In this document: positions 48,877 to 61,400 of the stretch, one piece after another
How the letters are laid out: every line of letters begins with the position of its first letter
Position numbering within the stretch: position 1 is the stretch's first letter
Assembly (NCBI GenBank): GCA_040954595.2
Contig: CM082585.2
Span: 11,575,451 to 11,639,450, forward strand
Source: Balanoglossus misakiensis
Taxonomy: Eukaryota > Animalia > Hemichordata
Direction: 5' to 3'
Length of the DNA: 64,000 nt
The notes under the pieces: model-generated
Databases searched by the model: none
Seen by the model: the letters and a program-made list of their open reading frames with translations, nothing else
What the model was told of the DNA's origin: nothing
Translations under genes and position numbers: made by a program

Positions 48877-51800
48877 CTAAATTGCGATATTTGGAACATG
48901 TTCATGATGGACCTGAGCTTTAATGTTTTCTCTTTTCGTTTCATCGTCCAGACTTACAGCGACAAAGTCTGTTTCTAGTGCTGAATCTGCACTCACTGCA
49001 GTTCCACTTCTGGTAGTTACACCCCCGTTGTCCAGTCCCGGCCCGTCCACCAGGTCAGAGGTCGGTGAACCGCAATACCCACTCTCACCCGATGAGCTTA
49101 TCTGCCAATCGATCAGATTCTGTCGCTCCAACTCTTCCGACTGGAGCGTCTTCGACTGATCAGATATAGCCTTCAGGGCGTGGGATCTCCCTGACGGACT
49201 TCTTGGTAACTGCAGCAACAATGTCTTCCAGAATTTGGCGGTTTTCTTCAAATTGTCCGGTTGCCATTTCAGACAATTTGTGACCCTGATGATGTGTTTC
49301 AGGGCTTTCATGTGATCAATATCTGCATTGGCTGGAAGTTCTTTGGCAATGATGATAACCAGGTTGCTGTGGAGTTTGAGAGAATGTTCTAATGCCACGT
49401 TGAATTGAAACGAACTCCAATGCTCCTTCAGGTAGTCGGGGGTCAGCACAATGATCCAACTTTGGCTGGCTTCAATCGACTCAACAACACTATCTGCAAT
49501 AGCTATCATACAAATACAAATGAAAAGTTAGTAAAACGTGTGATTTTTTGGAAATTTTTACTTTCAAATCTATAAATTTCTGATGTAGTTTTGCAACAAT
49601 GCATGTACAGGATAGTCATTTGATTAACTTTTGATACACTGATTATAGAATATTTTAGGTTTAATCAGAAAGCAATTATGACTTACCAGTTCCAGCCAAG
49701 AAATCTCTTTGCTCGACACAAAGTTTGAATCCGCACTTTCCCTCAAGGTAGCGCATAATGACATATTTGACAAAGCGAAAATCTTGATCTGTTCCACTGT
49801 GTGAGATGAACACATCATACTTCTTGTCATCTGTGGAAACAGAACACAAATGTGGATGAAACTGTATGACACATGGCAGTTGCAATGTGCTACAAACAGG
49901 TATTGTCTTCCTAAAAAGTTTATACTACATTCCTGATTATTAAAGATACAAAGTCTCACTTTTAGTACGGTAAAGAAATTTAAAATTTCAAAAAAATTAT
50001 CAAAAATTTATCAATATTAAAGTTACATGTTTATCATCATGGCCGATCTCAGTGACGCAAATTCAAATTTTGGCCTTGAGTGAGAAACTTCCAGGTTTTC
50101 CTGTTAACTTCCATATTTATTTTGTGTGCAAACAATTATCCGGTACTCATATTCAGCAGATACCGGAAAATTCCAGTTAATGACGGACAAAATTTGGGTC
50201 AGGGACTGCTGTACTATGACCTATATTCCTGCCCAGTTGAATGCTCTGCAATTCTCTGGTTTGCTTCATACATCCTTCATTGCACATGGGGTCTTTGGTA
50301 AACTGGGTTTATATTAGAATATTTCTCTGGAAGTGTATATAAACCAAAGTTCAAAGACTGACGATCATATTTCTCATGCGTGTTTATCATTGGAGCACGT
50401 ATTCAGGACTATGACCCAGTTATCTTTGGCACTGATGAATGGGTGAATGCACTGGCTCTATAGACATTAAAAGCCATGAATACTATTTCCAGGAAATTTT
50501 ATTCTGGGGGGATATGGTGAGCAGGAGTGGGGTGCTTTGAGCAGAAGAAAAGAAAAAAGTTTGACAATTCGTGGCGATAATGTTACATTCTTTGGAACGT
50601 GGATCCGGACATGTTTTTCACGGAATAGAACAGAAATATATTTCTTTGAATACAGTAATCATCCTATCAGTTCCGCTGTACAGGTTATAAGGTCAAACAC
50701 AGAATGATGTCTGAGTATCTTATGTCTGGACTGGTCTTTTGAAATTCTTAAAATTTTCTCAGCATATCTCAAATGTCCATTGTTGAAGTATTACCCAGCA
50801 TCTAGGTTTTTTTGAAATGCGATAACTGGGTTAAAAGGTTTATGAGGCTTTGATATGATTTAAAGGCTGACACCAGTGAACCCACTTGTAATTGTTTGAC
50901 AAGGCTACGTGACTTGAATCCTATGACCTATATATGGTACTGGTTAAAACCACTTTTGGTTGTCACTGTTTTGTAAATATTTTCACACCTGTTGAATATT
51001 AGGCTTGTGCTTTCGCAGTGGTATTACCACATGGTTCAGTACAAGGAAAAACATCAACAGCTTTGATGAGAGAACAAACATTAACTAATGGAATGTTTAT
51101 CAAACTGCCCTCTTGATGACATCACAAAACTGGTTTTGGTCACTGGACCGCTCGCGTAAACATGTTAACAACCGACAACAAGGCGGTGACTGCCCTATTG
51201 TGAGTTGTGACCCCACGAAAGGTGTGGCAAAAGTCCAAGGAGGGGTCATGACCTCCAGGAGGCAGCCATAAAAAGAAATAGTACCATATACGGTAGTAAG
51301 TTGCTGATCAATTTCCGTAGGAAATTACCATCACCTATTCAACAAAGACTGAACAGGCCAGCAATTAACTTACATAATGTTGAGTAATCGAAGAACTGCG
51401 GACCGGACCGGACCGGAACTACCAGTAGGAATGTGCTCTTTAGAAAATATAACACAGCAGTGTAACTGAATAATACACTCATGATTTCTACATATCGTGT
51501 TTTATGGGAAGAGCTGATCTGTAATTAGACTCTGGTTATGAAATGTGATATTGTATATTGCACATTTCTCCGTCTCAAGAAGGCAACTCAGTCCTTTTGA
51601 GTTCAATCAGAGTTCAGAACCTGATGGGCCTGCAAATATACCAGATATCACTAGAAATACTCAGAGACCAGGTGTATGTAGACCATTGTGGTGGCAGTTT
51701 TGCATGTCCTCAAGATATTCTCTTTGAATTTAATTTTGTAGGTATGTGTATAACATGTAATTAACACTAAACAGACTGGTGGAAAACAGTTTAAAATTCA

Positions 51801-54516
51801 TGTTTGTCCCTTCTTTTATTATATATATATTTGCTTAAATAAATATTAACATATTTGGAAGTGTAACGCAAAATGGACATAACTCCAAGATCATTTACAA
51901 ATACATAAATCTGCATGCATGAAATATTGATAAATCTGTGAAATATATTATAAACAATGTTGAATATTTCTGTATGGTATAAATATCTCTAACACTGTAA
52001 AAAACTCCTCTGTATCCAAGTCTGTATCTGTATATTGTAGAATTCTTCAGGTCTTTCATAAACCCTTGAGGCTCTTGGTGAAACACTACCAAGACTATCA
52101 TAAAAGCAGACTGCTGATTGGTTATTGCTCATCTTCTGTGGTCACTCCAACCAATTGGAACCATTCTTCTGATACACTGTGAGATGTCGCCAGGTCATCA
52201 CACCGCTTCTTACATTTTTGCACTGGCAGTCAGAAAGAGGCTGTTTATGTGTTCAACATCCCAACCATTACCTCTAACCCCCCCCCCCCCCCTAGATGAA
52301 ACCCTGCAACTCTCATTGTCAATGAAAGATCAACAGTTCTAAGAAAAATTCTTAATCTTTTCTTAAGTAAATATTTCTTGTAAAAATGTCTATGAATTTA
52401 AAATTCACACATTTAACATTATCTCACTAGTTTCCCCTTTACTATGTAAAATTGCTACATAGCAGCTTATCACTGTTACTAATATAGTACAACAAAGAAT
52501 CTTATGTATTCAAAAGACGATAAATGGTAACAAATGCATGACACAGCATATTCTACCAGGGTCTAGTATGTATGTTGCCTTCCATGTGGAGAGCGCCTTC
52601 TAGTGGTAAATCTGGCAGTTCATGTTTTACTTGAACATTTCTTTGTCACCTTCAGCCAAAGATTTAAGAAAAATACTACTGTATCTTCGATTGTTTTTGA
52701 AACCTTTTTTATACAACATGTTTGTCAAATGTGTTATATGTGCTTCTGTTGTCTTCCGTTTTGAGGTTTGTGCGATCCTTTTCTGGCAGAGAGGGCGCTT
52801 TCTCGAGTGAGGGAGGACACTTACCATTTTTTTCCACTTTGCCAAAATTGTACTTGTAGATGAGTTTTATATCAAGTTTGAATGTCATGCCAAGGGCGGA
52901 CAGAATGAGTGCCATGATGACAATCGATGAAAGGACTATAATTATGATCAATAGGGTTGTGCTTTCTGCAGTTGAAGGTCCTGGATTTGGATCTGAAAGA
53001 AAATGGAGAACATTCTAAATTGAAAAGTATTGTATTTGATATGTACAACGAAAGTTATTATTTATAACTAGCCTACTTTAAAGGCCAATATTTGTTGATG
53101 TTAGCATTTCTATAGATTTTAACAAATGATCACTTTTTCACTTATTAAATCAGGGATACAGTTGCATGCTGTTACCCTCACAGCCAGTCAATATGCATAT
53201 ACTATATCCCCCTGGAGTTGCTTTGTTATCTGCCTCTGCAAATGTACAATAAACAGACTTACCCCCATAACTCAGTACCAAAGGAATATCTATGCTTCCA
53301 TGGGCGTTGACTGCTTTCACTACATATGTGGCATAAGTAGAAGCTCTTATGTCTTGTATGTAAAGATATATGCCGATGGTTTCATTGTCATCTCTGAAAT
53401 CAATACACAAATAATTTTGTTGTTGTTGTTGTTGTTGTTGACTATTTTTGTTTGGTTATCAATTGCAGTCCTATCCTACCATTGAATACAACAGGGTGGA
53501 ACTATATTTTCATGGTAAAGGGTCTTGCTATTTGCCTCTCACCTTCCCCTCTGTCTGGTACTGTATGTTCTGTTATCTAAGTCTTCTATGAAGTAATTAC
53601 TTGTCTGGTTGTGCTTGTACCAAAAAATCATCTTGTCTTCGTCTCCACCATGTCCAAAGAAGAACTCGCAGTAGAACGTCACATTAGAGCCATGGAGTCT
53701 GGTGTAGTTACGGCAACGTGTCGAGTTCAGCTGGTGGGGTTTCTCTGTAAACTGCATTGCTGTGTGTGTATGGGAAAAGTTTGAAAAACAATTTGCTTTG
53801 TTAATTTTTAACTGAGAGTAGTGATGATCTGACGGAATTGAACACATCTGTACTTTGGATTGAATGTACACCAATATACTGCAATTTATTCTCAACAGAG
53901 CCATACAGACATGACCATGTACTTGAAAAATTCAAAGAAAATCTTACGTTTGGCCTGTAGTTCTTTGGTGTGGCTGATTGTACTTGTTCCATTGGAAGCA
54001 CTACATGTATAGCTTGCCTCATCCCTCGTCATCAAATACCGGAATACTAAGGTCTGGTTTCCATTATCCATGAAAGTCTCTGCTTGATCGACCCCTTTCC
54101 ATGGATAAGGATCAGAGCCTTTATACCAAGTCATCATCAAATACCCTTCGGCACAGCACGACATGTCTTTGTATTGGGTAATGGTTCCAAACTCAAGATC
54201 ACCCATGTCTGGGTTTGTGAACTTGAAAGTGTCATCTATATTGAAAAGAAACAGCAATCAAATACCAAAAGATCAACTAAAAGTACATGATAATGATACC
54301 CCTAACTATTGACTTGTCATAAAACTGAAAGTTGTTTTATAAAAGCGAAAGTTGCGTATTTAATTACATCTTGGTTGTCAAGTTGTGAGACCCACCTTCA
54401 TCGTGCCCATTAAACTGATCACAGACGTTTTTCCCATGAGCATGGAATACCAAAATCGAAGACAATATTATTATGACTATTCTGGACTGCAGTGGACACC
54501 TTGTCAGTTGTTCCAT
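48877..54516 (-). CDS. Interleukin-1 receptor-like protein: signal peptide, two Ig-like domains, transmembrane helix, TIR domain and C-terminal tail (7 exons, 564 aa)
   Basis: Exons 54516-54396, 54235-53948, 53759-53543, 53393-53263, 52992-52825, 49830-49687 and 49502-48877 are phase-consistent. Ig motifs C..WYK..DEASYTC and VTFYC..IFWYK. The TM is followed by FKLDIKLIYK (compare IL1R FKIDIVLWYR). TIR: DDKKYDVFISHS, GFKLCVEQRDFLAG, SQSWIIVLTPDY, KFWKTLLLQLP. Confidence 0.9.
52592..52618 (-). promoter_or_regulatory. CTCF-like motif in the large intron of the IL-1R-like gene
   Basis: Minus strand reads CTGCCAGATTTACCACTAGAAGGCGCT, with core CCACTAGAAGGCGC. Confidence 0.5.
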
Positions 54517-55473
54517 GGTTTTCAATGAACTGAAATAGTAAAGCAATATCATTTGGGATGTTATGCTATTTTACACGTAAATGATGAATTCAGCATAATT
54601 TGGGAAACCCCGCCTGCGTCATCGCCTTACAAAGGAACTGATGAAGTGCGGAGGAGAGGAGTGCGTAACGGCCCGTACGTCATTAATCTCACCCCTGACT
54701 TTGTTCATGTATGAGCGTGACCAGGAAGGTCCAAGAAAGTAACTTACAAACACAATGTTGGTCTGATCACAGTGACTGTGCTGATCACCATCACCATCAG
54801 TAAGATCAGGATGTGACAACCGTGTTCCACTTTCAAAAACTTTGTACACAACATACATTCCATGCCAATATTACCTTAAATAATTACGGACTCATGTTAC
54901 TTTCAACGTCATGTTGCATTTCATAGCCCGGCCGCGTGATGACCTCATTTGACTCGGACGCAAAGCGCGCGTTTTAGGGCAAATTCCAGGAAATCGCCGC
55001 CTTAGAACCGGAAGTAAATAAATGTGACTTCAGTACAATACAAAGTAGGCAAAGATGGCTAGAATAGCTTCGCAGACATAGCCATTTTACCTGTTTAAAC
55101 TATTTTACCCCACTGCGATATTAAAGTTTTAATTAACACAGTTGCTAAGCAACCAGACGCCACAGCCGGCCCACCAAAGGTACAACCCCTCCCTACCATA
55201 CTTACCCACCCCCATCAATTCATGAATTGGTCCAGTTCAGTTCCTCTTGCACTCAATGCGCAGTCTCTGTCCACGTTCTTGCAAAGGTGGCACCCTTCGA
55301 CAGTGAAGAACTTTGTTTTCATTTTCCCTACCCGGTACTCCAGTATTCTTGCCAATATAGAGTAGTTGTGTAGAGGGTACACGGTTTGTCAGGTCAGTAG
55401 TCTTTTCATCAAAGACATTCTTGTGGGAAGATCGTACCAAATAATTTATTTGACGCTTTAAAACCCTTCGACC
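54517..55473. promoter_or_regulatory. Divergent promoter region between the IL-1R-like gene and GCC2
   Basis: kB-like GGGAAACCCC (54602-54611), STAT/GAS TTCCAGGAA (54984-54992), ETS CCGGAAGT (about 55008) and YY1-like AAGATGGC (about 55052). Locally CpG-rich. Confidence 0.55.
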
Positions 55474-58400
55474 ATGGCGGTGAGTAATGACTACAGGTTG
55501 TGGTGTACATTTGTACGACAACCGAACTTCAGAAGAGATTGGAGATATTACCGTGGTGTGAAGGTGGAAACGGGGAAATGGGATGGTGGGTTTGATGGGA
55601 GTAACTACTGTAGATGTTATAATTAAGTCCTAACACCCACAGATTCCCTGGTGATTGTGTATTGCAAGGTACATGTACATGTAGCCTGGATAGGCGTTTA
55701 CAATACATGCCATCACTAACCCTGGAACAGCTGAATGTGATGCCAGGTCATGCAGTGATTGATGTATTGTATTTGATGTGTTGGCACAGCCATGGAGTAC
55801 ATTAAGCTACTAGTAGTACCTCAAATGGTCTAGCCTAGAATCTATAACATTGCTTATTTTGGGTCACAAGTGGATTCTATGTGTATGGAGTGACCTAGCT
55901 TCAGCTCAGTAGCTCGAGGTTAAACCAATAGGCAAAAACCTCGAGGTAATGAAGTGCAGCTAGGTGTGACCTAGCAAATGTGCAAATTAAAATCAACTGT
56001 AGAGATAGGCTCCAACCTTCCACTGCTAGATGTAATTGATGCTTGCAGGTTTGTTCTTCTGCTGTCACCTCTCTGCAAAAGAACAAGAGCAGAAAGAGGC
56101 AAACACCCAGCAAATGTAAAGGTGGCACCTATCTCTACAACTGGTTTTTATGCATTCTAAAAATTAACTGCAAATTTTGAAACCAGGTGACATTTGTTAT
56201 TCCGAACTGCGTGACTAAGCCCCTTTTGATAATGGTATATTAGAAAACTGTATGCTCCTTTAGCAAGTGTGGTATTTGCATGTATTATTTTCAGTTTGCA
56301 TGCAACATGTGGCCGGGATATTAGTGTTTACCATATTTATCCTATTGTGGATGGTTTTGTAAATTTACAGAGCTGTACAACAACTCTCTCATTATTAAGA
56401 AATCAGATGTTTCAACTTCTGGAGAAAAAACCTACATAATAAGAATTAAATAATTCTAACATTGACTGTTGTGAACAAAAAGTTGGGAGTTTTTTAATGC
56501 AGGGTATTTTTATGGCATAGACTATGAATAGAAAAAGTACAGTAAATCTGTTTGGAACAACATCATAACATGTGTTACATACTGATCTGTTTATTTATGG
56601 GTCAGTGATTTATAAAATCAGCGTATTATTAAAAGGAACGACACAGGTCCAGGTCATGGATTCCCTGATTTCTATCTCTTCTATTGGTTGGAAATCTGGT
56701 CAACATTGGAAAATGGGATAAACATAAGGACCAAAATGGCCAATTGATTCATTTTCTTAACCTTTGACCTTTACAGTCAGATACATGGGGAGACTGGGAT
56801 GAGAAATTTCTATCGGAGGAAAAACACCAATTTGGAAAGATGAATGAAGAGAACAAAGAGGCAGTGTCACCGGGCGGAGAAGGGGCAACGAAAACCACCC
56901 CACAAAAATCAGGAAAGGTAAGGATGGAGATTTACAACGCATTTGCAAAGTTAGGTTTTCATCAGAATTTTTATACTACTCCATTTATGGCTGCTCAGTG
57001 TAATAAGTGTTGGTTTATTGCTGACCTCTGCAATATTATTTGTTTCTTCGTCCAGCTGGATTCCTTGTCAAGGGAAGATTTGATCAAGTATATCAAAAAA
57101 CAACAGATACTGGTCCAGAAAATCAGAGCAAAATGTGATGGTAGGTGCATAGCAATGAAATCATCAAAAATTAAAGTGGAATGTGATTTCTTCATTTTAC
57201 ATCAGCAAGTTTTGCTTCTTCGTTACCCTTTATTTCAGCAAATACATTCAATTTTTTTTTACAGACTTAGCCAAAAAGAACACAGAACTGGAAAAGGATA
57301 AGAATGATAGCTCGAGTGCCGAGGGCCAAGGCAAAATTCAGGTGAGTTTGACAATGAAATGTATGATAAAGATTAACTGTTAGTGCATGTATGTGTTGTG
57401 TTAGTCTAGAGATTATCTGGTGATTTTCCCTGCAAATAGGAATGTCTATAGACTGCTATGAGAACCTCTAAGCAACTATTTCTGCATTGCAGGAGTTAGA
57501 GTCTGAACTTGCAGACTTGAGAGCTGAACACAAAGAATTGATGGCCGCTTATAGTGGTGTCCAACTACAACAGGAAAATTCAGTGCAAATCCATGAGGTA
57601 AGAGAATGTTACATGCAGGCACATATACCTTACATAAAGTATTGACAGAATAGGTGGCGGTTTTGAACAAATTAGACAGACATTGTCAAGTTCAGATTTG
57701 CAATGGATATTTCCCTAAGAAATCTAATAAAGACTAATATTGATCTCCTTTGTAAAATAAAAAAATGATTCTAGGATCTACATAGTAAGGTCAGTGAATG
57801 GACAGAAAAGTTTACAAAAAGTGAAGAAGAAAAGAAAAAAATCCAGGAACAGTATAATGCTGAGGTGAAAAAGAATCAGGTGAGTTAGTCTGTGCTGGAA
57901 TGAAAGAATGATACTGATTGGCTACTTGACACCAACTGCTTGTTTAAATATCCAATTGTCTGCTGTTTTTTAAACTGGGTGATTTGAAGACTCTGTTGGT
58001 ACCCAGCATGCATGTGAGAATCCCCTCTTCCCAACATAGGGTTGCAGCAAAAATAGTTCAATCTTTATGCTGTTGATAAAGTTGGGTTTGTGGGTAACCT
58101 TGGTGTGTGTTGGTATTAAGGTGGTTCCTTCCATGTTCCCTTGGTTATTAGAACATGGCAGAGCAGTTTGAGTGCATGAAGATGAAAGAGGAAACCATGG
58201 CAACCACATTCCAGTGTCTGCAAGAGGAGTGTCAGAAGCTGACTCAGGAGAAAAAAGTAATGCCTTTATTTACGACATACCGGTATTATCAAAAGAAAAA
58301 ATTCAGAAACAAATGCATGTGTAAATCAATGTTTATGCATGTTGAGACAGAATTGACCCTTGACCTTTGAACTTGTGGATCATTGCAGGACTTGAGTGAT

Positions 58401-61400
58401 CAGGTCAGTGTTTTGACCGTGGCCAGAGATGAAACCATGAAGGCTATGAAAGCGCTGAAGCAAGAGCAGCAGGGTAGCGACAGTGCCAGCGCTCAGCTGC
58501 AGGTCCAGATAGAAGCTCTGACAGCAGAAAGAGATATGGCCAAGTCTGAAGTACAACAAGCTGTGGAGAAGATTGCTGATCTGCAGGGGAAGTTGGAAGA
58601 TGCAAAGTCTGGTGAAGAGAGACTCGAGGAGGAGAGTAACAAGTTGAGAGATGAGAACCAAGATTTGAAGTCAAAAGTTGAAGAGTTGACGGCCATCAGA
58701 GATGAGCTTGAAGGTCTCAAAGCAGGTGTGGGGCAGAAAGACGAGGAATGTGAAAGTTTGAGATCAGAAATGAAGAAACTGACAGAGAGTCATGAAAGCG
58801 TTAGAGGACTTAACGAGGAACTGAAATCACAGATTAGTTTACTTATGAATGAAATGGAAGTTGTCATTGAGGAGCGGGACAAAGTCAAGCAAGAAATTGA
58901 AGCTGTCAAAACTGAACAACAGAAGATAGCGGAGGAGAAATCTGATATTGAAAAGAAGCTCGAAGAAGTGATGAATGAAAAGGAACAGGTTAATTCAGAG
59001 TTTGAGACTGTGAAATCTGAGAGAGATGATTACAACAAAGCCCGGGAAGAACTGAGGAGTGAACTTGATTCAGTTCTGTCAGAAAAAGAGAGGTTGTCGG
59101 TGAGGTTGACAGAGATTCAACAAGACCAGGAGAGATCAAGCGGGGATTTAGAAGGAGAGTTAGAAAGAGTGCGTAACGAGAGGGATGGACTTTCTGCAGA
59201 TGTTTCACGGTTGCAGTCAGAGAAAGAAGAGCTTGTCAAGGAATCTGAGAGTGTGAAGCAGGAGCATGAGAGCTTTGAAACTGAGATGAAAACCAAATTT
59301 GAATGTTTGCACGAAGAAATGGAGAAAATGAAAACAGAGCTTGCAAGATTGAATGCAGAACGGGACGAGATTAGCAGAGAGTTGGAAGACTCCCAGGTTG
59401 AGAAGGAGAGGTCGGTCGATGAACTGAAAATTCAACTGGACAACTTGAAGACGGAGAAGGAAAATGTTGCATCAGAGCTGGAGAAAGTGATTGAAGACAG
59501 AGACAGGATGATGAAGAAGCTAGAAAGTGCCAACATAGGAGTTGAAACCACGGCGATGGAGCTGCAGAATGAAATGAAGAAAGTACAAGAGGAAAGAGAT
59601 CAGCTGCATGTACAGACGGAGAAGTTGATGGGAGATAACCAGAGGCTCTGTGATGAGATGGAAATGGCCACACATGAGCACAAGGGTGCTAGACACGACC
59701 TAGAGAATGAGTTAAGTGATGTGAAATTCGAGCGAGATGAGCTGAAAATCAAGATGGAGTCGCTGCAGGAGGAAAGGGCAAAGTGGACGGGAGAGATGGA
59801 GGTTGTCAGTCACGGTCTGGAGGAGGCCCTCAACGACATGCAAGGTAAACTTGAAGCAGCCAACAGCCAGGTAGGGCAGCTCACGTCACAGATTGAAAGT
59901 TTGGAAAAGGAGCGCGATCAACTCACAGGAAATTTACAGACACTGCAGAGGGATAATGAAAGCTCATCTGGTGAACTTCAAAATGAATTGCAGAAGGTCA
60001 GAGGTGAATTGCAGAGTGTTCAGGAAGCTCTGTCGGTCAAAGAGGCAAATCTTGAAAATGCCGAACAGCGGTTGAGAGATGCGATCCAAGAAAACAATGT
60101 TGTGAAAGAGAAACTGACAGGAGAGCTGCAGGGTGTGATTTGTGAAAGAGATGAGATGAGAAGCAAATTAGAAGAATTTGATCAACTTCGGTCTAAGTAT
60201 GAGAATCTTCAGGAGCAACTGAAGTCGGCAGAAGAAGCAAAGGAACAATTGGAGGAAAGTTTCGGCGGACAGAATGCAGCGAGAGATGAGGAGCTTGGCA
60301 AACTGCAGACTGATGTCCAGAATCTGCAGGGTCAGCTTGGGTCAGTGGAGGAAAGAAACCAGCAACTACAGCAGCAGTTGGAGGAGAGTGTCAGCAAACA
60401 GAATGAGGTCAAAGGTGATCTGGAAGTGATGTCAAAGGTCAAATCAGAGCTGGAGGAGCACTTGCAGAAATTGAAAGAAGACGTGGAGAAGGAGAGATCA
60501 GAATTCAGAGAAAAAATTGAAAGTTTAGAGTCGGAGAACAACCACTTGAAAAATGAGCTATCATCATTGAAAGACCAGAAACAGATGGCAAATGAAGAAT
60601 TGCATACAGAGCTCACTAGAATCAGGGAAGAAAAAATCTCCTTAGCAACGGAGTTTGAGAATATTCAGAGGTCAAATGTCAACATGGAAGGAAGGTGCCA
60701 AGAACTGGAGAATAATCTTCAGACTTTACAGGCAGAGAAAGTTGAAATGCTTAAGATCAAAGAAAAGTTAACTCAGGATGGAGAAGCTTGCACAGAGGAG
60801 CTGAAAAATAAAATTCAGAATTTAGAAAGTGAGAAGGACAAGATAACGGCAGATATGGCTGCTTTGAAAGAAGAATCTCAGAGGAAAGATGAGATGAATA
60901 ATGAGATGAAGAAAGAACTCAGTAACCTAGCAACTGTGAGAGAAAACTTAACCTCCGAATTGGACTCACTTAGAGAGCAATATCAAAATAGCGATGAAAA
61001 TAGCAGTAAACTCACAGAGGAGATCTCTGTTCTGAAGTCACAGACTGAACAGTTGGAAACTCTGAAACAGAATCTTGAAGCTGAGGTGGAAGCGAGTAAG
61101 AAAAGCCTACAAGAGAAAGAGGCGCAGCAACAGGAAGTGACATCACGGTTGGAGGAATCAAACAACAGACACGGAGAACTGACAGAACGTATTCACAAAC
61201 TGGAAGAGGAGCTTGGAACAGTGCAAGAGAGACTTGCAAAAGTGACAGAGGAGAAAGATGGGCTGATGAAAGAATTGGAAATTGAGAAGGTGGGCAGAAA
61301 GAAAACAGAAGAGACTGTACAAAAGATGTCGGAAGAGAAGGGAGAAGAAGGGGCTTTAGAAAAGGAGCTGGGTAAGGACAAATCTCACTTAAGAAATTGA

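Noticed and set aside
58383-61400. 1005-aa ORF as a stand-alone SMC, myosin or tape-measure-like gene
   Set aside because: It is bounded by splice sites and continuous with exons carrying GCC2-specific motifs.
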